Source of the DNA: a virus
Direction: 5' to 3' (one strand)
DNA length: 64,000 nt
Virus record (IMG/VR): IMGVR_UViG_3300042518_001860
Span: 32,717 to 96,716 of that record
Part shown: piece by piece, positions 28,376-38,091 of the stretch
Layout of the letters: every line of letters begins with the position of its first letter
Numbering within the stretch: the first letter of the stretch is position 1
Notes under the pieces: generated by a model
Told to the model about the DNA's origin: nothing
What the model saw: only the letters and a program-made list of their open reading frames with translations
Database searches by the model: none
Program-made: the position numbers and the translations under genes

Positions 28376-31300
28376 GCACTGGCTCCTACTATCGGTTCGG
28401 CCTTCACAACGAGCGCGCCCACAGGCAGTCGATCCTGCTGCAGCGCAGTCGGAACGGTCGTCCGGTCTACGTCGAGAGTGCAGACTTCACCGACTGGGCA
28501 CGGATCATCCGCAAGCAGATCAACCGCGTTGCGCGCCTTCATCGGAGGGGCGTGAATGGGGAGGGTGCGTGGGCGCTCCTGCCAGACCCGAGCAGCCCGA
28601 ACAACAACTTCTGGATCGGCGGCGGGGAGAACACAGACGCCACCGCTAAGGAGGCTTGGGTCGGCGGGTTCTGCGCTTTGATGCACCGCACAGTCAGCTT
28701 CGACGCACTCCGTTCTGGAGAGTTCAGTGAGCTTGACGCCGCCTGTATCCACCACAAGGCCACCTCGACTGCGGCCGGTCAGATCGTGGACCGCAAATCG
28801 AAATTCGGGATCAACGCACTTGTGGGCTTCACCGTTCATGTCGAAGGCGCTGGTGACTTCGAGGTGAGCAGCAATACTGCCACGGTCATCCATCTCGATG
28901 GGTTTGACCCTGCAGATTACCCAGACTTGCCCGCCCGTCCTTGGTATTGGGTTCCCCCGCAGACCCTCGAGGCGGAGACTGAGTGCCAAGTCTACCTCGA
29001 TGTCCATCTCGAGGATTGGGGCATGGAGGAGGACCCTGCGCTGAATCATAATGCAGGTGGCTCCCCCGTCGAGTGCGCGCGCCGCGAGGTTCTCGTTCGC
29101 AAGGTCTGGATTCGGCAGAACACGACCACGCCCGAACTTCCCATCGAGGACTATGTCGACGCCACGCAGGCGCAGCATTACGTCCTGTACCTCGGTTCCA
29201 TCACACGCCGAGCGGATGTGGATGCAATCGCTGAAGAGGATATTGATCTCGAGGATGTTGAGATCTTTGCTGCCTCTGGTGATGAGCTGGACTTGGCCCG
29301 TGACTTTGCCCACTTCGATGTGGGAGCCGATCACGATGACGACGGTGAATTCCCCCTCCAGCCTCGCAACCTCGCGGAACGACTGTCGCGGGAAGACTCG
29401 TGGATCGTGGTCGGTCCTACTGGGGACCCGGGCATCTATACCGGACATCTCGGTTTGCAGGATGCTCTCGAGCTTCCTGGCACCCACACCATCTTCCTGC
29501 GCAACGGGATCTATCCCATCTCCAAGGACCTGGTGATTAGCAGTAGGTTTACCATCATTGGAGAGTCCAAGCAGGCCATCATCTCCTTCAACACGACCTC
29601 ATACGGAATCACCGTGGAAGGTCGCGCCCGCCTCGAAAACCTTACAATTCAGGCCAGTGGCTCCGCGGACCGCGCCTGTGTGTTCCTCGGTCGGAACGCG
29701 GTTGTGGACTCCTGCTGGTTCTATCACGGTGGCTCTTCATCCCACCCGTTTGTGCGCGTAACCCGGGATGCTTCTACCGGAGGTGGCGGTACAGTCTTCC
29801 GAGATTGCCAGTTCCGTGGAAGTGGGCCATTGCTTCGTGTCGAGTCTGAGTCTACTTCGGCTCGGGCCTCATCAATGGACGTCACGGGCACCTCTCCTCT
29901 GGCCGCTGATAATACCGCCTCCACTCGGCATCTACTCGGCGTGGACTTTGAGCGATGCAAGTTCTATCGGACCAGTAGCGCAGGCGCGAACCCTGACGAG
30001 GCTAACACGGCCGCGGTGCAGGTTCGTGGGGGCGGGGATCTCGGCTTCTCTCGATGTTTCTTTGCTGGCCTGGATGCCCCCGTTCTTCATGTAGGCTATG
30101 CCAACTTCAAAGACAACGCGGACTACATTGGACAGGTGACCCTCGACCGCTGCCACTTCTTGGCACTCTGTGTCGCGGGTAGTGCCTACACCACCGCCAG
30201 CTTGGTCAACCATACGAGCGGCTACGCTGCGTTCCTTGACTGCTCTTGGAGCAGTACCCGCCCCCTGGGTGACGACTCTCCCGGTCCGCGTCGACTGCTC
30301 GAGACCTACCTCAGCGGTGACCGCAACGGCGGCCTGTCCATCAAGGGCGGGCGTATGCTGGTGCGCGGCAACGATGACGCCTTCCAGCTTCTCGCTGGGT
30401 TGAGCGTCCGCATCACAGGGAGCGGGATGCAGGCCTCGGTGGATGGACTTGAGCTCTGGCAGGAGGACCTGCGCATTGGCGCCCTGGCTTTCTCCTCTTG
30501 CACCTCTGAAGAGTCCAGTATCACCTTTAGCAACGTCATGTGCAGTATCAGCAACGCGACGAATGCTATCTGGTGGTCAGGTAACACCCATCTGCACAAT
30601 ATCGAAGTCAACTCGAGTCGGATGTCGTCTGATCCAGAGACCAACGTTGCGACCTGCACTTCAGTGGCTGCACTGCTCTTCACCACGACAGACGTCTTTG
30701 GGGATCTCACACACGATCTCCCCCTACGTCCCAGTGGCTCCTCTTTGCGTGTCATTCGCCATCCCTACGCGGGCGTAGCAGCAAGAGGTGCGGGTGTCTC
30801 TGGCTCGACAGAGGTGCAGCTCTCGGACTTGGTTGTTGACGGGCTCTTCAATGGCAGTGCCGTCACCTCCTATGGCATCATCGTGCGCAACATTCGCGGC
30901 GCTGAGATCCGTGGCGCCCACATCAGCGGTGTCCAGTTCACTGGCGTCTATGACGAAGACCACATCACGAGGATGTCTGGGATCTCGGTTTCCGGCTTTG
31001 CGGAGGCCTACCGAAACTCAGAGAACTACGGGCTTTTTAGCGAAGGTTCCGGGGCTCCGGCGTGGGAAGCCGCTGCGCAGCCCTATGTGGAGCGCAAGAG
31101 TGGGGTCTATGGGGCGAAGTCGATCTCTGGTCTTCGCGTCTTCCCGTGTCCCGAACTGAGTAATCGATCTGGAGCCATTGCACTCACAATGCTGCCAGGT
31201 CATCTCGGCCCTGTTCATGCTTCTGTCGAGCAGGTAGAAGGGGCCACGGTTGGTGCGTGGCTCACAGCTATCGGCGCCGCCGGGACCCTGACGTATCCTA

Positions 31301-32664
31301 CCCTGACCATTAAGGCGTCCGACTGCGAGGTTGGCGTCTTCGTAGAGTCGGGTGTATCCAGGCTCCGGTTGACCGCGGAAATGTCAGGTTGTGGCACCGC
31401 GCTGACCGCTTGGGGACTCGCTGGGGCAAGGCTGGATCTGGATTCGCGCAGCCCCTTCAGCAGTGGGTATCACGGCGTCTATCTTTCGGCATGCTCCCAA
31501 ACGCGCCTCTCTGGTTTGGTAGAGGGGGGAGAAACGCAGCTCTCTGCAACCAACTGCTCCAACCTGACTTTGGCTGCGCTGGAGCTACACACTGCCTCAC
31601 TCTCGCCTGCTGTACTGACGTCTGTAACTTCCTTGCGGATGACGGATGTCGGAGTCTTCAACAACGGGCAGTTCGACACAAAGAGCTTTGACACTTCCGT
31701 TCGTCAGCACTCGCTCGTTGTGATTTCCTGTGCAGACATTCAGGCTCAGCGAGCCTACTTCTCTCACGGCGTCTTCGCTGTTGACTGCCTGGCGACGCTC
31801 CACTTTGAGTCCTGCGAGGCGGCGGCTGGCGGATTCGTTGTCACTCCTCTCGAGGCGGCCCCTTGCCACCTGAAGTTGACTGACTGCCGTAGCACCGGGT
31901 CTAGTTCAGGGACAGTTCATGTAGTCAGCGCCCTTTGGGCTGCCAACCTCAACGCCAGCGGCTCACTGGGTTCAGTAGTTGTGCGCGGTGGAATCCTCAC
32001 GCGCGGTTCCCAGCAGGTTGAAAACTTCGACCTGGCTGTGGACACCAACGTCCGTGCGGGGCGTTATGTCGCCGCCTACAGCAATGCCTTGGACAATGTG
32101 TTCGATGGAGTCGAGTTCCAGAACGGAAACGGCATCCACGGGCTCCTGATTGGCAACCTGAATAGCATCCAAGATGCTGACTCGGCGGCACCCGACGATG
32201 ACTTCCGCGTTGGTGTCGCCCGCGCTCGAGTCCGCAATTGTCGGTTCGAGTCCGCGGCCGACCCGGCCCTGGTTTTGCTTGTCCGAGACGGTCTCTGCCA
32301 CGAAGTGTCTGGGAACACTTTCGAGGTGTATTCGAACCAAGCTGAATACGACTCGCATCAAGCTCCACACGTCGCGATCCGTATCTACTCGGAAAACGAG
32401 TCGGACGCCTACGCTCGTGTCATCTACACCAACAATCATCACTTCCGTGGTGATCGCTGGAATGAGGGCTCCGACACCTCGGTGGACCTCAAGGTGCTGA
32501 CCAGCGCCAACATTCTCCTGGACGCTGGCCTGTCCCTGGGTGATACCGGGGAGTGGCATGAATGGAGTGGTATGTCGACGGAGGAGCGCAATGTGGCCAT
32601 CCGTCGACTGAACTCCGTGACCCTGTCCAGTGAGTCTATCCAGGCGGACGGGACCATTTCCTAG
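28372..32664 (+). CDS. Tail fibre/spike with DUF6519-like N-terminus and long parallel beta-helix
   Basis: LLQR..GRPV..ADF.DW; VYLDVHLED..EDPAL; LQDAL..IFLRNG.Y..TIIGES; many FxxCxF pectin-lyase-type coils. Confidence 0.8.
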   Translation: MSTGSYYRFGLHNERAHRQSILLQRSRNGRPVYVESADFTDWARIIRKQINRVARLHRRGVNGEGAWALLPDPSSPNNNFWIGGGENTDATAKEAWVGGFCALMHRTVSFDALRSGEFSELDAACIHHKATSTAAGQIVDRKSKFGINALVGFTVHVEGAGDFEVSSNTATVIHLDGFDPADYPDLPARPWYWVPPQTLEAETECQVYLDVHLEDWGMEEDPALNHNAGGSPVECARREVLVRKVWIRQNTTTPELPIEDYVDATQAQHYVLYLGSITRRADVDAIAEEDIDLEDVEIFAASGDELDLARDFAHFDVGADHDDDGEFPLQPRNLAERLSREDSWIVVGPTGDPGIYTGHLGLQDALELPGTHTIFLRNGIYPISKDLVISSRFTIIGESKQAIISFNTTSYGITVEGRARLENLTIQASGSADRACVFLGRNAVVDSCWFYHGGSSSHPFVRVTRDASTGGGGTVFRDCQFRGSGPLLRVESESTSARASSMDVTGTSPLAADNTASTRHLLGVDFERCKFYRTSSAGANPDEANTAAVQVRGGGDLGFSRCFFAGLDAPVLHVGYANFKDNADYIGQVTLDRCHFLALCVAGSAYTTASLVNHTSGYAAFLDCSWSSTRPLGDDSPGPRRLLETYLSGDRNGGLSIKGGRMLVRGNDDAFQLLAGLSVRITGSGMQASVDGLELWQEDLRIGALAFSSCTSEESSITFSNVMCSISNATNAIWWSGNTHLHNIEVNSSRMSSDPETNVATCTSVAALLFTTTDVFGDLTHDLPLRPSGSSLRVIRHPYAGVAARGAGVSGSTEVQLSDLVVDGLFNGSAVTSYGIIVRNIRGAEIRGAHISGVQFTGVYDEDHITRMSGISVSGFAEAYRNSENYGLFSEGSGAPAWEAAAQPYVERKSGVYGAKSISGLRVFPCPELSNRSGAIALTMLPGHLGPVHASVEQVEGATVGAWLTAIGAAGTLTYPTLTIKASDCEVGVFVESGVSRLRLTAEMSGCGTALTAWGLAGARLDLDSRSPFSSGYHGVYLSACSQTRLSGLVEGGETQLSATNCSNLTLAALELHTASLSPAVLTSVTSLRMTDVGVFNNGQFDTKSFDTSVRQHSLVVISCADIQAQRAYFSHGVFAVDCLATLHFESCEAAAGGFVVTPLEAAPCHLKLTDCRSTGSSSGTVHVVSALWAANLNASGSLGSVVVRGGILTRGSQQVENFDLAVDTNVRAGRYVAAYSNALDNVFDGVEFQNGNGIHGLLIGNLNSIQDADSAAPDDDFRVGVARARVRNCRFESAADPALVLLVRDGLCHEVSGNTFEVYSNQAEYDSHQAPHVAIRIYSENESDAYARVIYTNNHHFRGDRWNEGSDTSVDLKVLTSANILLDAGLSLGDTGEWHEWSGMSTEERNVAIRRLNSVTLSSESIQADGTIS

Positions 32665-33077
32665 CGGGTCAGCAAGGCCCCGCCGAGGATGCCGAGTACT
32701 ACACCAATCGTGAGGAAGAGGTAGTTGTCCCGCTGTGCGGCGGCTACCTCCACCTGAGCTCGGCTGTTCTGCGCCAGGGCCTTCAAGTAGTCGGCCTGAA
32801 GTGCTTCTTGACTTGCCTTGGCTTCTGCCAGAACCTTATCTGTAGCAGCCCTTGAGTCAATAACTTCTTGGCGAAGCCTCGGGAGCTCGGCACGAAGTTC
32901 GAGGTCAACCTCGAGAGGATAGGCAATGCGCTGGCGATGGACTGCGCACCCCGCTGGCAAGCGTAGAGTGCTACGCTCGTCCTCGTAGGCTGATGGGGCA
33001 GGGCACGGAACTGTACGCTCCACTCCGTCTGCTGCCGTCCAAGTACCAAGAAGCTGAAGAAGAAGCGGTAGGGTCAT
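32661..33077 (-). CDS. Membrane-anchored coiled-coil protein (possible spanin component)
   Basis: Hydrophobic N-terminus, coiled coil, C-terminal TM YLFLTIGVVLGILGGALL. Confidence 0.55.
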   Translation of the reverse strand: MTLPLLLQLLGTWTAADGVERTVPCPAPSAYEDERSTLRLPAGCAVHRQRIAYPLEVDLELRAELPRLRQEVIDSRAATDKVLAEAKASQEALQADYLKALAQNSRAQVEVAAAQRDNYLFLTIGVVLGILGGALLTR

Positions 33078-33340
33078 GGTGGGGGCTGCTTCTCCGCGTC
33101 ATCCCACGGGGACGGTGGAAGCGGCTTAGGCATATCTACTTCTTCTCTTCGTGCTGCCTCTGCCTGCTCGATCTCCTCGAGCTTACGACGGCGGGCAATT
33201 GCAGCCGTGGCCGCCCCTACCCCGACTGCCACTCCAGTAGCTGCTGCGGCAGCCTTAGAGATTGCCAACCACTTGTACAGGCCGAAGCCAATGACAAGGG
33301 TTCCAAAGACGACCAGCGTCCAGTACAGGGCACGCTTCAT
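33074..33340 (-). CDS. Small membrane protein
   Basis: ATG33340 (MKRALYW); N-terminal TM; ATGA coupling. Confidence 0.6.
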   Translation of the reverse strand: MKRALYWTLVVFGTLVIGFGLYKWLAISKAAAAATGVAVGVGAATAAIARRRKLEEIEQAEAARREEVDMPKPLPPSPWDDAEKQPPP

Positions 33341-33705
33341 ACCTGCCTCTTGTCTGGGCGACCTGACTTCCCAGGTCCGAAAAGAGCGCAACGCTCAACC
33401 CCGGGCGAACCCTTCCCTCGGAAAGATTTACTCGCCAATCGCGGGTTTGAGTTCTTGTCGATGATAGGGGCCCCCACAGACTCCGCATGCCAGAGGTCAT
33501 CGTGGTTGTAGAGGAGGTGTGCATCCTCCAACGTTCCTGCGGCTGTATAGATTCCAGAGAACTCCCCGCACATCGGACACTGTTGAGCAATGTCGGCATC
33601 AGCGCGTTGCATCGGGCGGTGTCCTACGCGGTCGTCGAACTGGATCGTCACGAAAGATTCGTCGAAGCGGTGACCACACAGCGTGCAGTCGAAAGTGAAT
33701 TTCAT
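33337..33705 (-). CDS. FmdB-like zinc-ribbon protein
   Basis: MKFTFDCTLCGHRF..CPMCG. Confidence 0.65.
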   Translation of the reverse strand: MKFTFDCTLCGHRFDESFVTIQFDDRVGHRPMQRADADIAQQCPMCGEFSGIYTAAGTLEDAHLLYNHDDLWHAESVGAPIIDKNSNPRLASKSFRGKGSPGVERCALFGPGKSGRPDKRQV

Positions 33706-34256
33706 GCGCCGCTCCCGGCTCGCAGTAGGCGAACAATGTCGTGGTCCCAGGCTGACAGCCCCACGGCCACCGCGTCGGCCATGTGCTCCCACTTCCCTGC
33801 GGGTCCTCGCTGCTTGAATGCAGGCTCAAGTTCAGGCTGGTGGTTGAGAACCGCCTGGATCACCTCATCCTTCGAGGCTGTCTTCTTCCCAGTCACACCC
33901 AGTTTCACGTTCTGGGGGGAGACCTCAATGAGCGGGCAATTTCGTTGTTCAGCAATGTCGGCCACCACGCCGAGGGAGATGCCGATCAGCGCGGCTGCCC
34001 GTGCGTTCCTGGGAAGGCTGAGTGACTCGTGGACGATACCTCGAATATTACTGTACGGAGCAATGAAGCGCTGAAGAACTCGCGCGTACAGCTTCGCCCT
34101 GTTCATGGTGTCACTCGAGACGCTGACCTCACGCTTCCTGACGCTCTTTTCCGTGGTCAGCAACAACACGTCAATGACCTGCTTGTTATACAGATCGATC
34201 AACGCCGCCCCGCCTGTGGCGAGGCCTGTGTCGATGGACAGCAAAAGCGGATTCAT
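33702..34256 (-). CDS. ruvC: RuvC-like Holliday junction resolvase
   Basis: SIDTGLATGG; IVHES; SPQNVKLGVTG..ASKDEV; EHMADAVAVG. Confidence 0.92.
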   Translation of the reverse strand: MNPLLLSIDTGLATGGAALIDLYNKQVIDVLLLTTEKSVRKREVSVSSDTMNRAKLYARVLQRFIAPYSNIRGIVHESLSLPRNARAAALIGISLGVVADIAEQRNCPLIEVSPQNVKLGVTGKKTASKDEVIQAVLNHQPELEPAFKQRGPAGKWEHMADAVAVGLSAWDHDIVRLLRAGSGA

Positions 34257-34693
34257 TCGCCTGCACTCTCGCTCGGAGTCTCGCTGGGTTCTGAGCCAGT
34301 TTCGGCAACCTCGGCACTACGTCGCGGACGACCACGACGCTTTGCCGGGGCCTCCTCGACCTCTTCGCTCACGGCGACGGGCTTGGAGAGTTCGGCAATA
34401 CGGTTGCGGAGGTTCGTATTCTCCTGCTCCAGTTCCTGGAGCAGCTTCACCCGGTCGTCTTCAACCTTCGCCGGCACGGCGGAGGGGATACCAAAGTCGA
34501 AGCTGGCATCAAGGCCTCGCATGACCGTCACGATTTTGGCGGCGGCGTGATCGAGGCTGACCACCGTAGCCTTGGGGTTGCGGCCGAGGTTGACCCGAGC
34601 AGCACTGACATCGTTCATAGCCTGTTCGAGGAGCATGCGAGCGTTGTGGTTGCGGGGCTGGGGGGAGAGGACCGATTCAGAAATCTTGCTCAT
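34253..34693 (-). CDS. Hypothetical protein with coiled coil and AT-hook
   Basis: KRRGRPRR near the C-terminus. Confidence 0.6.
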   Translation of the reverse strand: MSKISESVLSPQPRNHNARMLLEQAMNDVSAARVNLGRNPKATVVSLDHAAAKIVTVMRGLDASFDFGIPSAVPAKVEDDRVKLLQELEQENTNLRNRIAELSKPVAVSEEVEEAPAKRRGRPRRSAEVAETGSEPSETPSESAGE

Positions 34694-35385
34694 GTGTTCT
34701 CACCTGCAGATTGGAAGGACCAGCCCTGAGCGAATGTCACCGCTTCGGGCTTCCAGAGACGGCCGAGCAGGTTCAGTCGCTCAGCTACGCCGCGCCAGTG
34801 TAGCATGTACTCAGGAATCAAGGAACGTCGGTCTCCGAACAGCCCGCCAGGATTGTGAGTGCTCAGGGCAATGCGCGCCTTTCCGAATTGACGCCATGCT
34901 CCACAATACGCCACGAGCGGTCTGCGCTCACCGAAGAGAACCTCAGAGGCGAAACGACCGTGTGCAACCACGAGAGGCGACTTGACGATGTCCATCTGCC
35001 ACTTGGCAAATGGCAAACATTTCGAAGCGTCTGCGTGATCGGCTGAGGCTCGACTGAGTTGCCCCTCATCGTTCATCTCCATTGGGCGCTGGCACTTGAG
35101 AATGGTGATGGCGTAGATGTCCCTACCCACCTCGAGCCCAACTTGACGCATCGCGCGATCAAGGATCTCCAGGGCGCCCTCTCCACGATTGGAAGGCGGT
35201 AGGATCTGCCCAGTTCGGTCCTCCGCACCGGAGACCGTTCCGGTGACGATGGTGATGGGCGCGTCCGGGTTACCGCCACCGAAGACGATGTTCTGTCGGT
35301 AGGCATGCAACGGACAACGCTTGCAATTCCCAAGAGTCTTGTGGACCCCTTGGAGCAAGATGCCTTTCCGAATGTGAGCCTCCAT
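34690..35385 (-). CDS. Family-4 uracil-DNA glycosylase-like protein with degenerate catalytic motifs
   Basis: CKRCPL..NIVFGGGNPDA..ED..G; KC.RP..C.PF (Fe-S cysteines kept). GEAPG, TN and HP motifs are altered. Confidence 0.8.
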   Translation of the reverse strand: MEAHIRKGILLQGVHKTLGNCKRCPLHAYRQNIVFGGGNPDAPITIVTGTVSGAEDRTGQILPPSNRGEGALEILDRAMRQVGLEVGRDIYAITILKCQRPMEMNDEGQLSRASADHADASKCLPFAKWQMDIVKSPLVVAHGRFASEVLFGERRPLVAYCGAWRQFGKARIALSTHNPGGLFGDRRSLIPEYMLHWRGVAERLNLLGRLWKPEAVTFAQGWSFQSAGENT

Positions 35386-35386
35386 A

Positions 35387-35845
35387 CTACTTCACCGGCA
35401 GCTTGACGGATGGCGGGAGCTTGAGTCCAGACGGGAGGGAGGCTTTGGGCGGTACGACCACAGATGCCGCCGTAGGGAGGCCAGGCGGGGCGGCGGGCGG
35501 TTTGGTATTCGTCCCAATGCCCGACGGGTTCCATTGGGCACCTGTACCCTTGGGTGCGTACGCAGCCACCTGCATCTCCTGCAGCGCGGACTCGTTGCGC
35601 TTGATGTTCTGTCGAGCCTCCTCGAGTAGTGCGTCGAACGCTTTCGCCCGACCTTCTGGAGTGCCATCCGTCTCAACATCTGCACGGACATCCAGGGACA
35701 CCCCGGTCCCGTAGTCGAGCTGCCCGATGTGCAGGGTCACACTGAAATTCGCCAGCCCCGTGACAGGGATCGACTTCTCGCCAACTGGTACGTATTCGGC
35801 TTCGCCGCCTTTGGTCACGCGCTTCACAAAGATAGTCTCAGCCAT
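35387..35845 (-). CDS. Hypothetical protein with Pro-rich tail
   Basis: SD GGAGG; first gene after the TTGACG/TACATT promoter. Confidence 0.7.
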   Translation of the reverse strand: MAETIFVKRVTKGGEAEYVPVGEKSIPVTGLANFSVTLHIGQLDYGTGVSLDVRADVETDGTPEGRAKAFDALLEEARQNIKRNESALQEMQVAAYAPKGTGAQWNPSGIGTNTKPPAAPPGLPTAASVVVPPKASLPSGLKLPPSVKLPVK

Positions 35846-35874
35846 TGCTTTCCTCCGCGTTGTGGCTGAGTCGG

Positions 35875-35903
35875 AATGTAATTGTTGGATGGACGCCCGT
35901 CAA
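35875..35903 (-). promoter_or_regulatory. Sigma70-type promoter (leftward)
   Basis: Minus strand TTGACG-17 nt-TACATT. Confidence 0.7.
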
Positions 35904-35918
35904 GGCTTGTGGTATGAA
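35890..35918 (+). promoter_or_regulatory. Overlapping divergent promoter, probably leaderless for the helicase
   Basis: TGGACG-17 nt-TATGAA with a TG extension; ATG at 35925 has no SD. Confidence 0.4.
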
Positions 35919-35924
35919 TTCGAC

Positions 35925-37376
35925 ATGCGAATCTTCAAGGGCGCCCTCTTCGGCCCCAATGAGACTATTTTCCCGAGCGCGGGCATGACGTTGTTGACGG
36001 GCCTCTCTGAGCGTCTGAAGCGCTCAATCATGGAGTCCCTGACCAAGCCGCTGGCCCGCAATGAGCGTGATCCGGAAGACTCCCAACCATATGTGGAGCT
36101 CTTCCGCGAGGCGCCGGAGGGGCTCTATGTCCCTCGCTACTACTGGCGGGACGACATTGGGCTCGAGGTAGGTCCTTGCCGAGTCCAGTTCGAGCCGCTC
36201 GACGCTGGCGACTTCAAGCATACCCTGGCCTACCCACCTCGAGAGCACCAGTTGGCTGTCTGCGCTGACCTGGACTCGCTCGGCGGTGCTGACGTTGGTA
36301 TCCAGGCGCCTTGTGGTTTCGGTAAGACCTACTTGGCGGCCTACGCCATCAGCCGGGTTGAGGGGCGTGCGTTGATCATCGTCCCGAACAACAACAAGGC
36401 CTCCGAGTGGCGCAAGGAAATTGCGCGCTTCCTGAATCTTGACCCCGCCCAGATTGGGACCATCCAGGCCGATATCTGCAAGTGGCGGGAGTACCCAGTC
36501 GTCATCGCCATGATGAAGACCATGTCGATGCGGGACTTCCCTCCCGAGCTCGTCAAGGCCTTCGCCGTCACCATTGTAGATGAGGCGCACCTAAGTACTG
36601 CCAGCAAGATCTCGCGCGCCCTTGGTAAGATGGCGGGGCAGCGGATCTTCCTCACTGCCACCCCGGGCCGTGGTGTGCGTCGCGAAGTGGTAGACCTCCA
36701 TTGTGGAGGTCGCTGGCTGCGACCCCAGGCTGAGACCACCCACTGCCGCTTCGAGTTCCTTCCGGTTCCGGTTTGGACAAGGTTTCAAGAGTTGGAGTGG
36801 GAGCAACTCTCCACCCTCATCGGCCGTGATTTCAAGTACGTCGATGTGGCAGCCAAAGTTACCGCACAGCTCTTGGCTCAAGGGCGTAGGGTCCTGGTGG
36901 TCAACCACCAGATCGAACCCCTTTGCCGGGTCCACGCCGCAACCGGGGAGAAGGGTGGTTTCGTTATTGGGCGGGAGAGCTTGAAGAACGTAGCCAAGTC
37001 CTTCCCCGCCCTTCGTCAAATGCTCGAGTCCCGTCCTGAGTCGTCTTGGCCAAAGCGGGCAGACGCCTACATGACCGAGGTGAAGCAGCACATGAACCCC
37101 ATTCTCGGTATCGGCTTGACGAAGACGCAGCCGGCTGGCACGGGGATGGATGTTGCGAACCTGGATGGCGGTGTAATCATGCTGCCAGTTGCGAGCCCCG
37201 ACATGGTGACCCAGCTTCGAGGTCGATGGGAGCGTCCACACCCCGACAAGAAGCCACCAGTCATCGTGGTGCTAGTTCCCGATACTTCAGACGGTCGCGC
37301 TCGCGCGCAGACCATGCAGGCATCCCTGCGGCGGGCAGGGCATACCATTTTCGAACACCCGCCGATGACCCTTTGA
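35925..37376 (+). CDS. SF2 DNA helicase (UvsW/XPB-like)
   Basis: PREHQ; APCGFGKT; IVDEAH; LTAT; GTGMDVANL; QLRGR.ER. Confidence 0.9.
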   Translation: MRIFKGALFGPNETIFPSAGMTLLTGLSERLKRSIMESLTKPLARNERDPEDSQPYVELFREAPEGLYVPRYYWRDDIGLEVGPCRVQFEPLDAGDFKHTLAYPPREHQLAVCADLDSLGGADVGIQAPCGFGKTYLAAYAISRVEGRALIIVPNNNKASEWRKEIARFLNLDPAQIGTIQADICKWREYPVVIAMMKTMSMRDFPPELVKAFAVTIVDEAHLSTASKISRALGKMAGQRIFLTATPGRGVRREVVDLHCGGRWLRPQAETTHCRFEFLPVPVWTRFQELEWEQLSTLIGRDFKYVDVAAKVTAQLLAQGRRVLVVNHQIEPLCRVHAATGEKGGFVIGRESLKNVAKSFPALRQMLESRPESSWPKRADAYMTEVKQHMNPILGIGLTKTQPAGTGMDVANLDGGVIMLPVASPDMVTQLRGRWERPHPDKKPPVIVVLVPDTSDGRARAQTMQASLRRAGHTIFEHPPMTL

Positions 37377-37387
37377 ACGGAGGACCT

Positions 37388-37948
37388 TTGAAGATCCACA
37401 CCCCCCAGTCCCAGACTCTCAATATCGACATCAAACTCGAGCCGCCGACCCAGGTGGAGGCCCAAGTCGGACCTGACGGTCGGTTCACGACGGACTCCAT
37501 CGCGAATATGCTGTTCTCGGCTCAAGCGCGGCAGCGATACTTGGCCAATGCCTATTCGGACTTTCGAGCGCGGCTGAGCGCAGCCTTTCCGGTGTTCGGG
37601 CAGTTGCTCGACGAGCTTGAACAACTCCCCGAGACGATTTCGAAGCTCGAGGGTGAGATCAAACTGCGGGCCAAGCAGGCCGGAAGCAGCTTGAGCTACA
37701 AGCGTCTGGGGTTCGACGTGAAATTCTCGAACCCGACGAAGAAGACTATGAACCTGCAGAAGTTCCTTGCGAGCTACCCCAATGCCCGCAAGGATTGGCC
37801 GCAGGTCTTCGAGGTGGTCGAGACCATCAACCTCGAGACCCTCGAGATGCTCATCGCAGCTAACCAAATTCCTGAGACCGTGAAGACCTTCATCGAGGCC
37901 ACCCCGACGACCAGGGAAGGTCGGGTCGAGCTCAAGTATCTTGACTGA
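37388..37948 (+). CDS. Hypothetical protein (Gam/Gp157-like coiled coil?)
   Basis: SD GGAGGA, TTG start; coiled coil followed by a short beta region. Confidence 0.6.
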   Translation: MKIHTPQSQTLNIDIKLEPPTQVEAQVGPDGRFTTDSIANMLFSAQARQRYLANAYSDFRARLSAAFPVFGQLLDELEQLPETISKLEGEIKLRAKQAGSSLSYKRLGFDVKFSNPTKKTMNLQKFLASYPNARKDWPQVFEVVETINLETLEMLIAANQIPETVKTFIEATPTTREGRVELKYLD

Positions 37949-37952
37949 GGTA

Positions 37953-37997
37953 CAAAAAGAAACGGCCTACCGAGGGGAGGAGACTCGGTAGGCCGTT
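37953..37997 (-). terminator. Intrinsic terminator for the convergent minus-strand gene
   Basis: 14-bp stem AACGGCCTACCGAG/CTCGGTAGGCCGTT, preceded on + by an A-tract (U-tract on the minus strand). Confidence 0.85.
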
Positions 37998-38091
37998 GGG
38001 GCCAGGTTGCTCACCTGGCTGATACGCGAACCACTGAGGGGTACCACCGCAGGAGTTTTACCCAACGACCCTCAGTGGTTCAACTCTGAAC

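Noticed and set aside
8497-32664. Stand-alone bacterial eCIS/tailocin locus
   Set aside because: Neck and head-fibre genes, a long tape measure and a phage replisome are contiguous, and no bacterial housekeeping context is present.
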